The notes: generated by a model from the letters alone, not told the origin. A stretch of DNA of 64,000 bases from Sedimenticola sp. (GCF_050289425.1 NZ_JBNKFS010000005.1:88475-152474), one strand, 5' to 3'. Shown: positions 1 to 10,749, counted from the stretch's first letter. A program made the numbers and translations.

Positions 1-157
1 GTTTGTACAGGTCGGCAGTCTGCATGTTCGTATGGTTAAGTGAGCAGTCTCCGATTCAAATTCATGAGCTCAGTGTAACCCTGTGATCGGTTGTACCGCT
101 ACATCCTATAGCGCCCTACACCGTGGGTAATAAGGATTATGCCCGCTGCTCCGGCAG

Positions 158-811
158 TCAGATTTCCATCTCCTTTATATCCGTCGCGGGAGTGAGTTCC
201 GCTTCGGTAGCGGCAATCACATCGCTGACGGAGTAGCCGGGTGCTATCTCCCTTAACAGCAATCCTTCCTCGGTGACATCCATGACCGCACGGTCGGTGA
301 TGATACGGTTAACCGCATGGGCGGCCGAGAGCGGCAATTGACAGCGCCGGCGAATCTTTGACTGGCCGTCCTTGTCGGTGTGTTGTAACGCGACGATGAC
401 TCTCCGGGCCCCGGTGAGCAGATCCATGCCGCCGCCCATGCCGGGAACGTATTTGCCGGGTATCTGCCAGTTGGCGATATTACCCTCGCCATCGACCTCT
501 AATGCCCCCAGCACGGTGGCGTCGACATGGCCGCCGCGAATGATACAAAACGAGGTCGAGAGATCAAACGCCGCGGCGCCGGGGAGCAGTGTGATCGGCT
601 CGCCTCCCGCATTGGCGATATCCGGATCGGCCTGGTCGCGTGAAGGTTTGGGTCCAAACATCAGGCCACCGTTTTCCGTCTGCAGAATCACTTTGACTCC
701 TGCCGGGATATAGTTGGCGGCACCCGTCGGGAGGCCGATGCCCAGATTGATGACCATTCCGTTGTCGAACTCCTTGGCGACACGTCTAGCGATGAATTCT
801 CGAGTTTCCAT
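158..811 (-). CDS. 3-oxoacid/acetate CoA-transferase subunit B (AtoA/ScoB family)
   Basis: NLGIGLPT, catalytic (Q)TENG motif, RGGHVD, GMGGGMDL. Confidence 0.92.
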   Translation of the reverse strand: METREFIARRVAKEFDNGMVINLGIGLPTGAANYIPAGVKVILQTENGGLMFGPKPSRDQADPDIANAGGEPITLLPGAAAFDLSTSFCIIRGGHVDATVLGALEVDGEGNIANWQIPGKYVPGMGGGMDLLTGARRVIVALQHTDKDGQSKIRRRCQLPLSAAHAVNRIITDRAVMDVTEEGLLLREIAPGYSVSDVIAATEAELTPATDIKEMEI

Positions 812-823
812 TGTTGCTGCTCC

Positions 824-1543
824 TCATCTCAGTCGTCCGCTGCCGACCCAGAGGTCGGTATAGGTTTGCTTTCTGGTTTCAGGGCTGTTGCCGGTCACCA
901 ATGTATCGACAAATATTTGTGGCGTTCCGACCTGGTTGGGTGGGATAGACCCGACTTCGACAATTTCATCAACTTCGGCAATGACCCTTTCCGCTGCCAT
1001 CGCCATCACCGGATTGGCGTTCAGCGCGGTACCGCGATATTGCAGGTTGCCGAGTGAATCGGCACGATGGGCCTTGATGAGGGCGAAGTCGGCCTTCAAG
1101 GGGGGGTAAAGCAGATACGTTTGTCCATCGACTTCGATGCGGCGTCGCCCCTCCGCGATTTCGGTACCCAGACCGGTGCGGGTCAGGACACCGCCCAAAC
1201 CGCCGCCACCGCAACGGATACGCTCAATCCAGGTTCCCATCGGATTGAACTCTACGTCGATTTCCCCCCCGATGTACTGGCGTACCAGTTCCGGGTCGGT
1301 GCCGATATGGGAGGTAATGAGTCGGCTGATCTGCCGGCCTCGGGCCAATTTTCCTACCCCGAAACCGCTGCCGCCGGGATAGGCTCCGACACAGGCAATC
1401 AAGGTTAGATCACTTACGCCGCGATGGGCGAGTGCATCGATCAGCCCCAGGGGTTCGCCGATGCCCAGGAAGCCGCCGATCATTATCGTCATGCCGTCAT
1501 GGATTTCATTAACGGCGCGCGTTGCAGAGACAACGTCAACCAT
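824..1543 (-). CDS. 3-oxoacid/acetate CoA-transferase subunit A (AtoD/ScoA family)
   Basis: DGMTIMIGGF, PMGTWIERIRCGG, GLGT, ADSLGNL, NPVMAMAA; adjacent to subunit B. Confidence 0.92.
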   Translation of the reverse strand: MVDVVSATRAVNEIHDGMTIMIGGFLGIGEPLGLIDALAHRGVSDLTLIACVGAYPGGSGFGVGKLARGRQISRLITSHIGTDPELVRQYIGGEIDVEFNPMGTWIERIRCGGGGLGGVLTRTGLGTEIAEGRRRIEVDGQTYLLYPPLKADFALIKAHRADSLGNLQYRGTALNANPVMAMAAERVIAEVDEIVEVGSIPPNQVGTPQIFVDTLVTGNSPETRKQTYTDLWVGSGRLR

Positions 1544-1603
1544 ATCACTACCTCCGCTTTCTCTGGTGTCGGTTTAATTGCTGAAAGCGAGTGTAATGCT
1601 GGG

Positions 1604-1662
1604 TTGTAAAGTGGTTTTGCCGTACGGGTATTATTTATTAATTCTTTGTAAAAAGTTGTAAA
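1604..1662 (-). promoter_or_regulatory. Putative OmpR-family operator: TTTACAA direct repeats upstream of the CoA-transferase genes
   Basis: TTGTAAA on + strand at 1604-1610, 1646-1652 and 1656-1662 (10-bp spaced pair). Confidence 0.5.
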
Positions 1663-1670
1663 GGCGATCG

Positions 1671-2390
1671 CTACTGGGTCGTCACCTTGGTGGCAAACAG
1701 ATAGCCTACGCCGTGAACCGTTTTAATGATTTCGGGGTGGCGGCGATCACGCTCTATCTTTTGGCGAAGATGGCCGATGTGCACATCGATGCTCCGATCA
1801 AAAGGGGTGCCGTCACGGCCCCGGGCATAATCCAGAATCTGGTCACGCGTAAGGACGCGATTGGGGTGGGTGGCCAATGCGATCAGTACATCGTATTGCG
1901 CGGTGGTCAATTCGACGCTGTAACCGGATTCCGATTGCAGTTTGCGGGTATTGATATCCAGCATCCAATCGGCGAAACAGAGCTGTCTTTTATTTGAGAG
2001 TGTGACGTTTTCACTGGTGGGTTTAATGCGACGCAATACCGTGCGTACCCGTGCCAGGAGTTCCCTCGGCTCGAAAGGCTTGGGCAGGTAGTCGTCGGCG
2101 CCCAACTCGAGGCCGACAACACGGTCAACCGGTTCACCGCGGGCGGTCAGGATAATGACCGGGATATCCATCTCCTGTCGCAGATTGCGCAGATAGAGCA
2201 AACCATCTTCGCCCTGGAGATTTAAGTCGAGCACGATCAAGTCGTAGAGCCGGTGGTCGATTCGTTGTTGCATCTCGCTACCGTTATACGCCGTATCCAC
2301 TTCATAACCGCCGGGGGCGAGGCAGCGTGCCACCAGGGTGCAGACATCCGGTTCGTCATCGACGACCAGTATTCTTTCCGCTTCTTTCAT
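1671..2390 (-). CDS. OmpR-family DNA-binding response regulator
   Basis: REC domain (VVDDE, LDLNL, GADDYLPKPF) plus winged helix (DRSIDVHIGHLRQKIE, TVHGVGY). Confidence 0.95.
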   Translation of the reverse strand: MKEAERILVVDDEPDVCTLVARCLAPGGYEVDTAYNGSEMQQRIDHRLYDLIVLDLNLQGEDGLLYLRNLRQEMDIPVIILTARGEPVDRVVGLELGADDYLPKPFEPRELLARVRTVLRRIKPTSENVTLSNKRQLCFADWMLDINTRKLQSESGYSVELTTAQYDVLIALATHPNRVLTRDQILDYARGRDGTPFDRSIDVHIGHLRQKIERDRRHPEIIKTVHGVGYLFATKVTTQ

Positions 2391-4459
2391 CTTTCTACTC
2401 CATCCCCCGACGCGTCCCGGCTGTCCAGCGCGCCGCGTACCCGCTCTGCCAGCATGGTGTGATCAAAGGGTTTGCACAGCAACTCCTTATCGCGGAGTGG
2501 AAATGACTCATGCTCCATGATTTTATCCGGATAACCGGACATGAGCAGATACTTCAATTTTGGCATGTGTCGTCTGATTGTGCGCACCAGGTCGATACCG
2601 CTGACGCCGCCCGGCATCTCGATATCACTCAATAGCAGGTCGAAGTGCACGCCTTTCTCCACCAATTCCAGGGCGTGGCTTCCATCGGTCGCTTCGATGA
2701 CGCGATACCCCAGCCGACATAACACTTTCGCCGTAAAGTCCCGTACCGCCGATTCATCCTCGACCAGGAGAATAGACTCACTGCCACCCGGTGTCGCGCC
2801 GGCATCCGTATGGTGGGCAATCGGTACCGTATCGATGCCCATAAAGCGGGGCAGATAGAGGCTGACCTGGGTCCCGCTGCCGGCTTCGCTTTCGATGATG
2901 ATATGACCGTTTGAGCGGCGGATAAAGCCGTAGACCATGCTCAGTCCAAGTCCGGTTCCCTGTCCCGGTTTCTTGGTGGTAAAGAAAGGTTCAAAAACCC
3001 GTTCCTGGATATCTGGTGGGATGCCGCCGCCGGTATCTTTTACCTTAACGATGACATAGTCGCCCGGTGCGACCTGCTGCTGAACAGCGGTATCCTCGGG
3101 AGAGATTGTCCACCCGCCGATACTGACTTCCAGCTTACCGCCTCCCGGCATCGCGTCGCGACTGTTGATGACCAGGTTGAGGACTGCGCTCTCGAGTTCA
3201 CTGGGATCGGTATGGACGCTCCAACAGGCGCCTTCGGTGCGGATGGCTACCTCAATGGTCGCACCCAGTGTGCGGTGCAGCAGTTCGCCCATGCCGAGGA
3301 TGGTTTGGTGCGGTTTATAAACCATCGCACGCAACACCTTTTTACGTGAAAAAGCCAACAGGCGATTGACCAATGCCGCGCCGCGGCGCGCCGCATCCAG
3401 TGCCGGGGCAATCATGGGTTCAATGTCCCGGTCGCTCATCTCCCCCTCGTTTATCAGCGCCAGATTACCCACGATAATGGTTAACAGGTTATTGAAATCA
3501 TGAGCGATACCGCCGGTCAATTGTCCGACGGCATCCATTTTCTGCGCTTGGCGGAGGAGTGTTTCGGTGCGCTTTAATTTAGTGATGTCTTGGCTAAGGA
3601 TAAAGTAGCCCAGCGTTTCTCCGCTCTGTGCCTGGTGCGGGATATAGTTGACGAGGCAGTCAATGGTATGGCCATCGAGCAATTTTAACGAAAATTCGGC
3701 CGATTTCGTGACGCCGGACAGCGCTTCGTCCAGGTCTTGCCGGTGTCCCGGATAGAGCTCCCCTCCCAACACTTCCCAAACCGGTTTTCCGACTACCTGT
3801 TCAGGGTCTTGCCCAAACCACTCCTGATACCCCCGGTTGCAAAACCGATAAATCTTATCGGCATCGACATAGCCGATTAACGCGGGCACGGCGTCTGCGA
3901 TACGGCGAATCCACTGTTCACTTTGACGCAAATTCTCTAACGCGCCACGTAGTTCGGCGGTGCGCTCGCGAACTCTTAGCTCAAGGGTATCGATACTCTC
4001 TTTTAAGGCTGCTTCCGCTCGGGCTTGCTCGGTGATGTCTTTGTAAACCGTGACAAAGCCGATACCGGGGATGGGATTGCCGCGTACCTCCAGTACCTTG
4101 CCGTCCGGTCGCCGGCGGATAACGCTGTGTGGCCGGAATTTTCTCGCCAGTTCGACACGCTCGGCGGCAAGCGTGTCGGGATCGCCGGGGCCATACTCGC
4201 CCCGTTTGGCGTTGTACAGCATGAAGTCTCCGAACGGAGTTCCTACCTTGGCCAGCGTCAGGGGAAATTCCAGTAGCGAGAAAAAGCGTTCATTCCACGC
4301 CAATAGATGGAGGTCGCGATCAAAAATCGTGAATCCCTCATCCATGTGTTCCACGGCAGTCTGAAAAATGGCCACCCACTGTTTATCCGGCAGTTCCCAA
4401 GGCGGTTCTTCGCTGCGGGATGCGGGATCATCAATAGGACTGGATTTGGCCATCAACAA
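2387..4459 (-). CDS. Cytoplasmic hybrid sensor histidine kinase (PAS_7 - coiled coil - PAS - HisKA - HATPase - REC)
   Basis: [14 protein letters not shown]_7 signature, AHDFNNLL H-box, FTTK..GTGLGLS, C-terminal REC; start may be the ATG at 4453. Confidence 0.92.
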   Translation of the reverse strand: MLMAKSSPIDDPASRSEEPPWELPDKQWVAIFQTAVEHMDEGFTIFDRDLHLLAWNERFFSLLEFPLTLAKVGTPFGDFMLYNAKRGEYGPGDPDTLAAERVELARKFRPHSVIRRRPDGKVLEVRGNPIPGIGFVTVYKDITEQARAEAALKESIDTLELRVRERTAELRGALENLRQSEQWIRRIADAVPALIGYVDADKIYRFCNRGYQEWFGQDPEQVVGKPVWEVLGGELYPGHRQDLDEALSGVTKSAEFSLKLLDGHTIDCLVNYIPHQAQSGETLGYFILSQDITKLKRTETLLRQAQKMDAVGQLTGGIAHDFNNLLTIIVGNLALINEGEMSDRDIEPMIAPALDAARRGAALVNRLLAFSRKKVLRAMVYKPHQTILGMGELLHRTLGATIEVAIRTEGACWSVHTDPSELESAVLNLVINSRDAMPGGGKLEVSIGGWTISPEDTAVQQQVAPGDYVIVKVKDTGGGIPPDIQERVFEPFFTTKKPGQGTGLGLSMVYGFIRRSNGHIIIESEAGSGTQVSLYLPRFMGIDTVPIAHHTDAGATPGGSESILLVEDESAVRDFTAKVLCRLGYRVIEATDGSHALELVEKGVHFDLLLSDIEMPGGVSGIDLVRTIRRHMPKLKYLLMSGYPDKIMEHESFPLRDKELLCKPFDHTMLAERVRGALDSRDASGDGVER

Positions 4460-4526
4460 GACTCAAACGGGTAATCGGTTCGGTTACTCCTAAGACAAGC
4501 TTAATTAAGTCGCCAAGGCAAGCACA

Positions 4527-4585
4527 TTCACAAACATTTACATTAAATCAAAAAACTTTTCCGGCGCTACACATTCGTTTTACAT
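4527..4585 (+). promoter_or_regulatory. Putative OmpR-family operator upstream of the Liv-type operon
   Basis: TTCACAA 4527-4533, TTTACAT 4537-4543, TTTACAT 4579-4585; same 0/+10/+52 spacing as the 1604-1662 sites. Confidence 0.45.
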
Positions 4586-4654
4586 CACCGTCGCAAGCTT
4601 TCCCCATGAGGCTGGCAGTAGCAATAATCGCTGGCTCTTCACGGCTGAGGAGGA

Positions 4655-5803
4655 ATGTATTACATGGGCGACGGCATGTCAGTGCACGATGATCTGAGCG
4701 TTCTGCAAGCGGCGCTTGAGCAGCTTGAGCAGCTTGATCAGGGCGTCACCGTGTTTGATTCCGAACTGAGACTGGTTGGATGGAATCAGCGCTTTTTTGA
4801 ACTGTTGGGTTTTCCCCTGATACTGGCAAAGCGGGGAACCCATTTCTCTGCCTTCATGCGCTACAACGCCGAACGCGGTGAATACGGCCAGGGAGAGGTC
4901 GAGGCGCTGGTTGAAGCGCGTGTTAACCGTGCCCGTGAATTCCAGGCGCATGTCATGGAGCGAATCCGTCCGAGTGGTGAAGTCATTGCCGTACGCGGCA
5001 CGCCGCTTCCCCAGGGAGGGTTTGTTACCACCTACACCGATATCAGTGAACAGCGCCAATATATATTGGAAACCGATGGCTTAACCAAAGAGTTCAAAGG
5101 TTTTGTCGCGGTCAATAATGTCGGGTTAAAAGTGCGCGAAGGTACGATCCATGCGTTGATCGGCCCCAATGGGGCGGGTAAGACAACGGTATTTAATCTG
5201 CTTACCCGATTTCTTAGTGCGACCGACGGCGTGATCACATACAAGGGTCACGATATCACCCACACCCGGCCGGACACGATTGCACGTCGCGGAATTGTTC
5301 GTTCTTTCCAAATATCATCGGTCTTTCCTCACTTGACGGTGAGGGAAAATGTGCGGATCGCACTGCAACGCAAGCACGGTATCGACAAACAATTCTGGCG
5401 GCCTGCCCGCGAGTTGAATTTCCTTAACGAAGAGGCGGACGGGTTGCTTGCCGAAGTGGCCCTAGACGCTTTCGCCGATACGCTTGCCGTAGAACTCTCT
5501 TATGGGCGTAAGCGCGCCCTGGAGATCGCCACTACTCTGGCCCTGGATCCGGAACTGATGTTGCTGGATGAACCGACCCAAGGCATGGGGCATGAGGATG
5601 TTGGGCGTATTACCGATCTGATCAGAAAGGTGGCCACCAATCGCACCATTTTAATGGTGGAGCACAATCTGGGCGTGGTCGCCAACCTTTCGCATTGGAT
5701 TACTGTATTGCAGCGTGGCGAGATTCTGGCCGAAGGCAACTACGGAGAGGTTTCCCGTAATCCCGATGTGATCCGCGCCTATATGGGGACCGCACATGCC
5801 TAA
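4655..5803 (+). CDS. PAS_7 domain fused to a LivG-type ABC ATPase
   Basis: N-terminal YNAERGEYG PAS_7; then GPNGAGKT, LSYG, LLDEP and EH motifs; start may be the ATG at 4664 (better RBS spacing). Confidence 0.9.
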   Translation: MYYMGDGMSVHDDLSVLQAALEQLEQLDQGVTVFDSELRLVGWNQRFFELLGFPLILAKRGTHFSAFMRYNAERGEYGQGEVEALVEARVNRAREFQAHVMERIRPSGEVIAVRGTPLPQGGFVTTYTDISEQRQYILETDGLTKEFKGFVAVNNVGLKVREGTIHALIGPNGAGKTTVFNLLTRFLSATDGVITYKGHDITHTRPDTIARRGIVRSFQISSVFPHLTVRENVRIALQRKHGIDKQFWRPARELNFLNEEADGLLAEVALDAFADTLAVELSYGRKRALEIATTLALDPELMLLDEPTQGMGHEDVGRITDLIRKVATNRTILMVEHNLGVVANLSHWITVLQRGEILAEGNYGEVSRNPDVIRAYMGTAHA

Positions 5804-6533
5804 CGTTACCCCGCTCAAATCAGGTAAAGAGGCGTCGGTACTGCAGATCGACGGATTGCATGCCTATTACGGTGAATCACACATTCTGCACGGAATAAAT
5901 CTGGATGTCTGTGAAGGTGAATTGGTAACGCTGTTGGGTCGCAACGGTGCCGGAAAGACCACTACGTTGAAATCGATTATCGGCATGGTCGGCAAGCGTG
6001 AGGGGTCGATTCGTTATCGGGGGCAAGAGACGATCGGTCTCAAATCCAATCGCATCGCGCGAACCGGCATTGCATTGTGCCCGGAGGAGCGCGGTATCTT
6101 TTTCAGCCTCTCTGTTGAAGAGAATCTCTACCTGCCGCCGGTCATTGCACCGGGTGGACTCTCGGTTGAAGAGATCTACCAACTTTTTCCCAATCTCGAA
6201 GAGCGGCGTCATACGCGCCACGGCACACGTCTCTCCGGTGGAGAACAGCAGATGCTGGCATTCGCCAGGATATTGCGAACAGGCGCCAAACTGCTGCTGC
6301 TTGATGAACCCACCGAGGGTTTGGCTCCGGTCATCGTTGAGCAGATAGGTGATGTGATCCAAAAGTTGAAAGAACGCGGTTTCACTATTTTGCTGGTTGA
6401 GCAGAACTTCCATTTTGCTTCAGCGCTGGCCGATCGTAATTACGTGATGGAAGACGGCAGGATAGCCGCTGTCGTGCATCGAGATGAGTTGAGTGAGAAA
6501 GAAGCCTTACTCCAGGAATACCTGGGCGTATAA
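5796..6533 (+). CDS. livF: LivF-type ABC ATPase
   Basis: GRNGAGKT, LSGGEQQML, LLDEPTEGLAP, LVEQN. Confidence 0.92.
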   Translation: MPNVTPLKSGKEASVLQIDGLHAYYGESHILHGINLDVCEGELVTLLGRNGAGKTTTLKSIIGMVGKREGSIRYRGQETIGLKSNRIARTGIALCPEERGIFFSLSVEENLYLPPVIAPGGLSVEEIYQLFPNLEERRHTRHGTRLSGGEQQMLAFARILRTGAKLLLLDEPTEGLAPVIVEQIGDVIQKLKERGFTILLVEQNFHFASALADRNYVMEDGRIAAVVHRDELSEKEALLQEYLGV

Positions 6534-6564
6534 AAACACTACCCAAGCGAGAGGAGTTATCACC

Positions 6565-7773
6565 ATGATAAAGAAAACATTACTGGCCTGCACGATCGCC
6601 GTATCCATGGCCACCATGCCGGTGTCCGCCGGCACCGTCTCGGACGATAAAGTCAAGATAGGCGTGCTGACCGATATGGCGGCCGTTTATGCGGATCTGT
6701 CCGGTAACGGCTCGGTGATCGCCGCCGAAATGGCCGTTCAGGACTTTGGCGGAAAGGTCCTCGGTAAACCTATTGAGGTGGTTTCCGCCGATCACCAGAA
6801 CAAAGCGGATATTGCCGTTTCCAAGGCACGCGAATGGATCGACACCGGGGGTGTCGATATGATCACGGACTTGGTCACCTCGTCGGTTGCACTGGCCGTA
6901 CAAGAGGTGGGCCATGAAAAAAACCGCATTACCATGGTAACCGGTGCCGCCAGTTCACGGCTGACCGGTAAGAGTTGTTCACCGAACGGTTTTCACTGGG
7001 CATACGATACCTATTCACTGGCCAACGGCACCGGCACCGCCGTGGTCAATAATGGTGGTGACAGCTGGTTTTTTATTACGGCGGATTACGCCTTTGGTCA
7101 CTCGCTGGAAGGTGACGTGTCGAATATCGTCAAGACTAACGGCGGTACCGTGGTAGGTAGCGTACGTCACCCGTTCCCTTCGTCCGATTTCGCTTCGTTC
7201 CTGCTACAGGCGCAGGCATCGGGAGCCAAGATTATCGGTTTGGCCAATGCCGGATCTGACACCATCAATGCGATCAAGCAGGCTGCCGAGTTCGGCATCG
7301 TTGAGGGCGGTCAAAATCTGGCGGGCCTGCTGATGTTCATTACCGATATTAACACCCTCGGCCTGAAGGCCGCGCAGGGCCTCTACATGACTACCGGTTG
7401 GTATTGGGATCGCAATGACGAGACTCGCGCCTGGGCCGCTCGGTTTGAGGAAAAGGCGGGTAAGAAACCGACCATGGTGCAGGTCGGAACCTATTCGGCC
7501 GTACTGAGTTACCTCAAGGCCGTAGAGAAGGCGGGTACCGACGAGGCCGGTGCTGTCGCCAAGACATTGAGGTCAATGCCGGTTAACGATGTGTTCACCA
7601 AAGGCGGCATGGTGTATGCGAATGGTCGTATGGCGCATGACATGTATCTGGTCAAGGTAAAAACACCCGCCCAGTCCAAGGGGGCATGGGATTACCTGAA
7701 CATCGTGCGCACCATTCCTGCCAAACAAGCTTTCAAGGATCCGGCCAAAAGTGGTTGTGACCTGACGAATTGA
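6565..7773 (+). CDS. HAAT/Liv-family ABC substrate-binding protein
   Basis: Signal peptide after RBS GAGGAG; KIGVLTDM, ADHQNKAD, ADYAFGH, DFASFLLQAQASGA. Confidence 0.92.
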   Translation: MIKKTLLACTIAVSMATMPVSAGTVSDDKVKIGVLTDMAAVYADLSGNGSVIAAEMAVQDFGGKVLGKPIEVVSADHQNKADIAVSKAREWIDTGGVDMITDLVTSSVALAVQEVGHEKNRITMVTGAASSRLTGKSCSPNGFHWAYDTYSLANGTGTAVVNNGGDSWFFITADYAFGHSLEGDVSNIVKTNGGTVVGSVRHPFPSSDFASFLLQAQASGAKIIGLANAGSDTINAIKQAAEFGIVEGGQNLAGLLMFITDINTLGLKAAQGLYMTTGWYWDRNDETRAWAARFEEKAGKKPTMVQVGTYSAVLSYLKAVEKAGTDEAGAVAKTLRSMPVNDVFTKGGMVYANGRMAHDMYLVKVKTPAQSKGAWDYLNIVRTIPAKQAFKDPAKSGCDLTN

Positions 7774-7822
7774 CGACGCCAGCCTATCCGAATGTTTTTG
7801 TTATCTCCGTGGGTGAAGTGCG

Positions 7823-8740
7823 ATGACGACACTATTTGATCTTCCTGTCTCCTATATTGGATTGCAGTTATTGATAGGCCTGCAAAACGGGGCCTTCTAT
7901 GCACTGCTCAGTTTAGGTCTTGCGGTGATCTTCGGCATGTTGAACGTCATCAACTTCGCCCACGGTGCCCAATATATGATGGGGGCCTTTGTGGCCTGGA
8001 TGCTACTGGATATCACCGGGCTATCTTACTGGTGGGCGCTTCTGCTGGTGCCCCTGGTGATGGGGATCGTGGGGATAATCATCGAGCGTGCCTTATTGCG
8101 CTGGCTCTATGAACTGGATCATCTCTACGGACTGTTACTCACCTTTGGGTTGGTACTCATTATTGAGGGGCTTTTCGTCAGCTTCTTTGGCTCTTCTGGG
8201 TTGTCCTACGAAAAGCCCGGATTATTGACGGGGGCGCAACGTATACCGCTGGAGATGATCACCGGGAATGTACGTGATGTGATGATGATCCCTCTGTATC
8301 GGCTGTGGATTGTCGGCGTATCGATTATCTGCTGCTTTGCTACCTGGTACGCCATCGAGCGCACTCGACTCGGAAGCAATCTGCGTGCGGCTACCGAAAA
8401 TCCGGCATTGGTAAGAAGTTTTGGTATCAACGTCCCCGTCCTGATCACGCTGACCTACGCCTTTGGTGTGGCGCTGGCCGGGTTTGCCGGTGTACTTGCG
8501 GCGGGCCTGCAGGCGATTACTCCCCATATGGGTTCGAACCTGATCATCGTGGTGTTTGCGGTGGTGGTGATCGGGGGGATGGGTTCTATTCTCGGTTCCA
8601 TTATCACCAGTTACAGCCTGGGTATTGTGGAAGCCCTGACCCGTGTCGTTTATCCGGAAGGTTCCAACGTGGTGATCTTCGTTATCATGATTCTGGTACT
8701 GCTGGTGCGTCCGGCGGGCCTGTTTGGAAGGGAGCGTTAA
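7823..8740 (+). CDS. livH: LivH-type ABC permease
   Basis: GLAVIFGMLNVINFAHG, VVVIGGMGS, LLVRPAGLFG. Confidence 0.92.
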   Translation: MTTLFDLPVSYIGLQLLIGLQNGAFYALLSLGLAVIFGMLNVINFAHGAQYMMGAFVAWMLLDITGLSYWWALLLVPLVMGIVGIIIERALLRWLYELDHLYGLLLTFGLVLIIEGLFVSFFGSSGLSYEKPGLLTGAQRIPLEMITGNVRDVMMIPLYRLWIVGVSIICCFATWYAIERTRLGSNLRAATENPALVRSFGINVPVLITLTYAFGVALAGFAGVLAAGLQAITPHMGSNLIIVVFAVVVIGGMGSILGSIITSYSLGIVEALTRVVYPEGSNVVIFVIMILVLLVRPAGLFGRER

Positions 8741-8743
8741 ATC

Positions 8744-9715
8744 ATGTGGGTATTCAGTCTCCAACGCCGTCAGGAACAAGTTGCCGCTTGGCAACCTAAG
8801 GGGTTTGTTGTCGCACTCGTCGTGCTGGGCATTCTCCTGGCGTTGCCCCAGTTTGTTTATCCGGTATTTCTCATGAAGGCGATGTGTTTTGCATTGTTCG
8901 CCTGTGCATTCAATCTTCTGTTGGGGTTCACCGGCCTGTTGTCATTCGGTCATGCGGCCTTCTTTGGTTCGGCATCCTATATCTCCGCCTATGCGCTGAA
9001 GGCTTGGGGATTGACGCCGGAGTTGGCCATTTTGCTCGCCACCCTGAACGCGTCCGTGATGGGGTTTCTATTTGCCTACGTGGCGATACGTCGCCAGGGT
9101 ATCTACTTTGCCATGATCACGTTGGCGCTTTCGCAAATGGTTTTTTTTGCAGCGCTCCAGTTTCCCTTTACCGGGGGGGAAGATGGTATTCAGGGTGTCC
9201 CACGTGGCGTACTGTTGGGTCTCATCGAGCTTACCGACAACCAGTCTCTCTACTATTTTGTGCTGGCAATCTTTCTGCTTGGCCTCTACGTCGTGTGGCG
9301 TACCATCCATTCGCCTTTCGGACAAATCCTGAAGGCTATTCGGGAGAATGAACCCCGTGCGATGTCGCTGGGTTATCGGGTGGAATATTACAAAATGATT
9401 GCCTTCGTGATTTCGGCAACCCTGTCCGGATTGGCCGGCGGCACCAAAGCCTTGGTGGTGCAAGTGGCAAGCCTGACGGATATCACCTGGCAGATGTCGG
9501 GCGAGGTGGTGTTAATGACCCTATTGGGTGGTATGGGCACCATTTTTGGTCCGGCGGTAGGTGCCGTCATGGTGATGTCATTGCAGAATTATCTCAGCTG
9601 GCTGGGGTCCTGGGTGACCATCATCGTGGGTGCCATTTTTGTTATCTGTGTGCTGGCTTTCCGACGTGGCGTTGTGGGTGAAATCCTGGCGCGCTGGCCG
9701 CAACGCACCAGATAA
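8744..9715 (+). CDS. livM: LivM-type ABC permease
   Basis: GLLSFGHAAFFG, GIYFAMITLA, TGGEDG, AIRENE. Confidence 0.92.
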   Translation: MWVFSLQRRQEQVAAWQPKGFVVALVVLGILLALPQFVYPVFLMKAMCFALFACAFNLLLGFTGLLSFGHAAFFGSASYISAYALKAWGLTPELAILLATLNASVMGFLFAYVAIRRQGIYFAMITLALSQMVFFAALQFPFTGGEDGIQGVPRGVLLGLIELTDNQSLYYFVLAIFLLGLYVVWRTIHSPFGQILKAIRENEPRAMSLGYRVEYYKMIAFVISATLSGLAGGTKALVVQVASLTDITWQMSGEVVLMTLLGGMGTIFGPAVGAVMVMSLQNYLSWLGSWVTIIVGAIFVICVLAFRRGVVGEILARWPQRTR

Positions 9716-9843
9716 TGCGTTTGTGAATGGCATCAGCGACCCCTTAACTGACTTTTGGTCGGTAGCGCCCCGCGAAGTTCCCTGGCCGTCTCCTGATCCG
9801 GGAGCGACAATGCTAAGCCCTGCCTTAATGGCGTGTCTCCCGT

Positions 9844-10749
9844 CTAGTCCAGCTTGATCTTTTGCTCCATCGGCAGGGCGGGTTCCAGCGCCCACTCTGC
9901 GGTGGAGCCGTCATAGAGTCTTGCCTTGTCGTTGCCGAGCAGTTCATGGGAGACGAACCAGGCCAGTGAGGTGCGGTGGCCGGTGTGGCAGAAGGATATC
10001 TGCTCGCCCGTCAACGGCACCCCGGCCGCCTGGTAGATGCGGCGCAGATGCTCCAGACTTCGGAAGGTCGCGCCACCGTTCACGGTCAGCCACTGGAAGG
10101 GTAGGTTGATCGCTCCGGGCAGGGTGCCGGGGCGCTCCTTGTCGCCACCCTGCAACAGCCCCAGATACTCACCCGGACTGCGGTTGTCCACCAGACTGAT
10201 GTTACCCAGTGTGGCCTTGAGTTCAGTGGCGCTGACTTGATACTCCTGCCGTGGCTGTGCCCTGAAGGTTTTTTTTACGGCCGGGTTGGAACCGTTTTCC
10301 AGGGGGTGGTCGCGGCTCTGGGCATAGGCGATGAGACCTCCATCAAGGATTGAAACCGCATCGTGCCCCAGGGACTTGAACGTCCAGTATACGCGTGTCG
10401 CCGAGGCCATCTCGCCGGCACTGCGTCCGGTAACCACCAGCACAACCCGGGTGCGGTTATCGATACCCAGTCCGCCGATCAACTGTTCCAGCGTCGCCAC
10501 CGGCGGCCGCATCTTGGGGGTACCCTTGGTATCGGTTTTAACCCAGTCGGCGTATTCGCTGTGAACGGCGCCCGGGACATGGAATTTTTGGTAGGCGGGG
10601 CGGGGCTGCAGGTCCAGTACCCGCAAATCGGGTTTGTCCAGTTGATTTGCCAGCCAGGCGCCGTCTACCAGCGGTTGGCCGGCCAGCAGCGCGGGTGATA
10701 CCAGAAGAGAGAGTAACAGGATAAGGAGGGTAAAGGGGTTCATTTTCAT
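9844..10749 (-). CDS. Exported tandem-domain sulfurtransferase (rhodanese)
   Basis: Sec-type signal peptide; HVPGAV, LDGG, active-site loop FCHTGHR, LYDGSTAEW signature. Confidence 0.9.
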   Translation of the reverse strand: MKMNPFTLLILLLSLLVSPALLAGQPLVDGAWLANQLDKPDLRVLDLQPRPAYQKFHVPGAVHSEYADWVKTDTKGTPKMRPPVATLEQLIGGLGIDNRTRVVLVVTGRSAGEMASATRVYWTFKSLGHDAVSILDGGLIAYAQSRDHPLENGSNPAVKKTFRAQPRQEYQVSATELKATLGNISLVDNRSPGEYLGLLQGGDKERPGTLPGAINLPFQWLTVNGGATFRSLEHLRRIYQAAGVPLTGEQISFCHTGHRTSLAWFVSHELLGNDKARLYDGSTAEWALEPALPMEQKIKLD

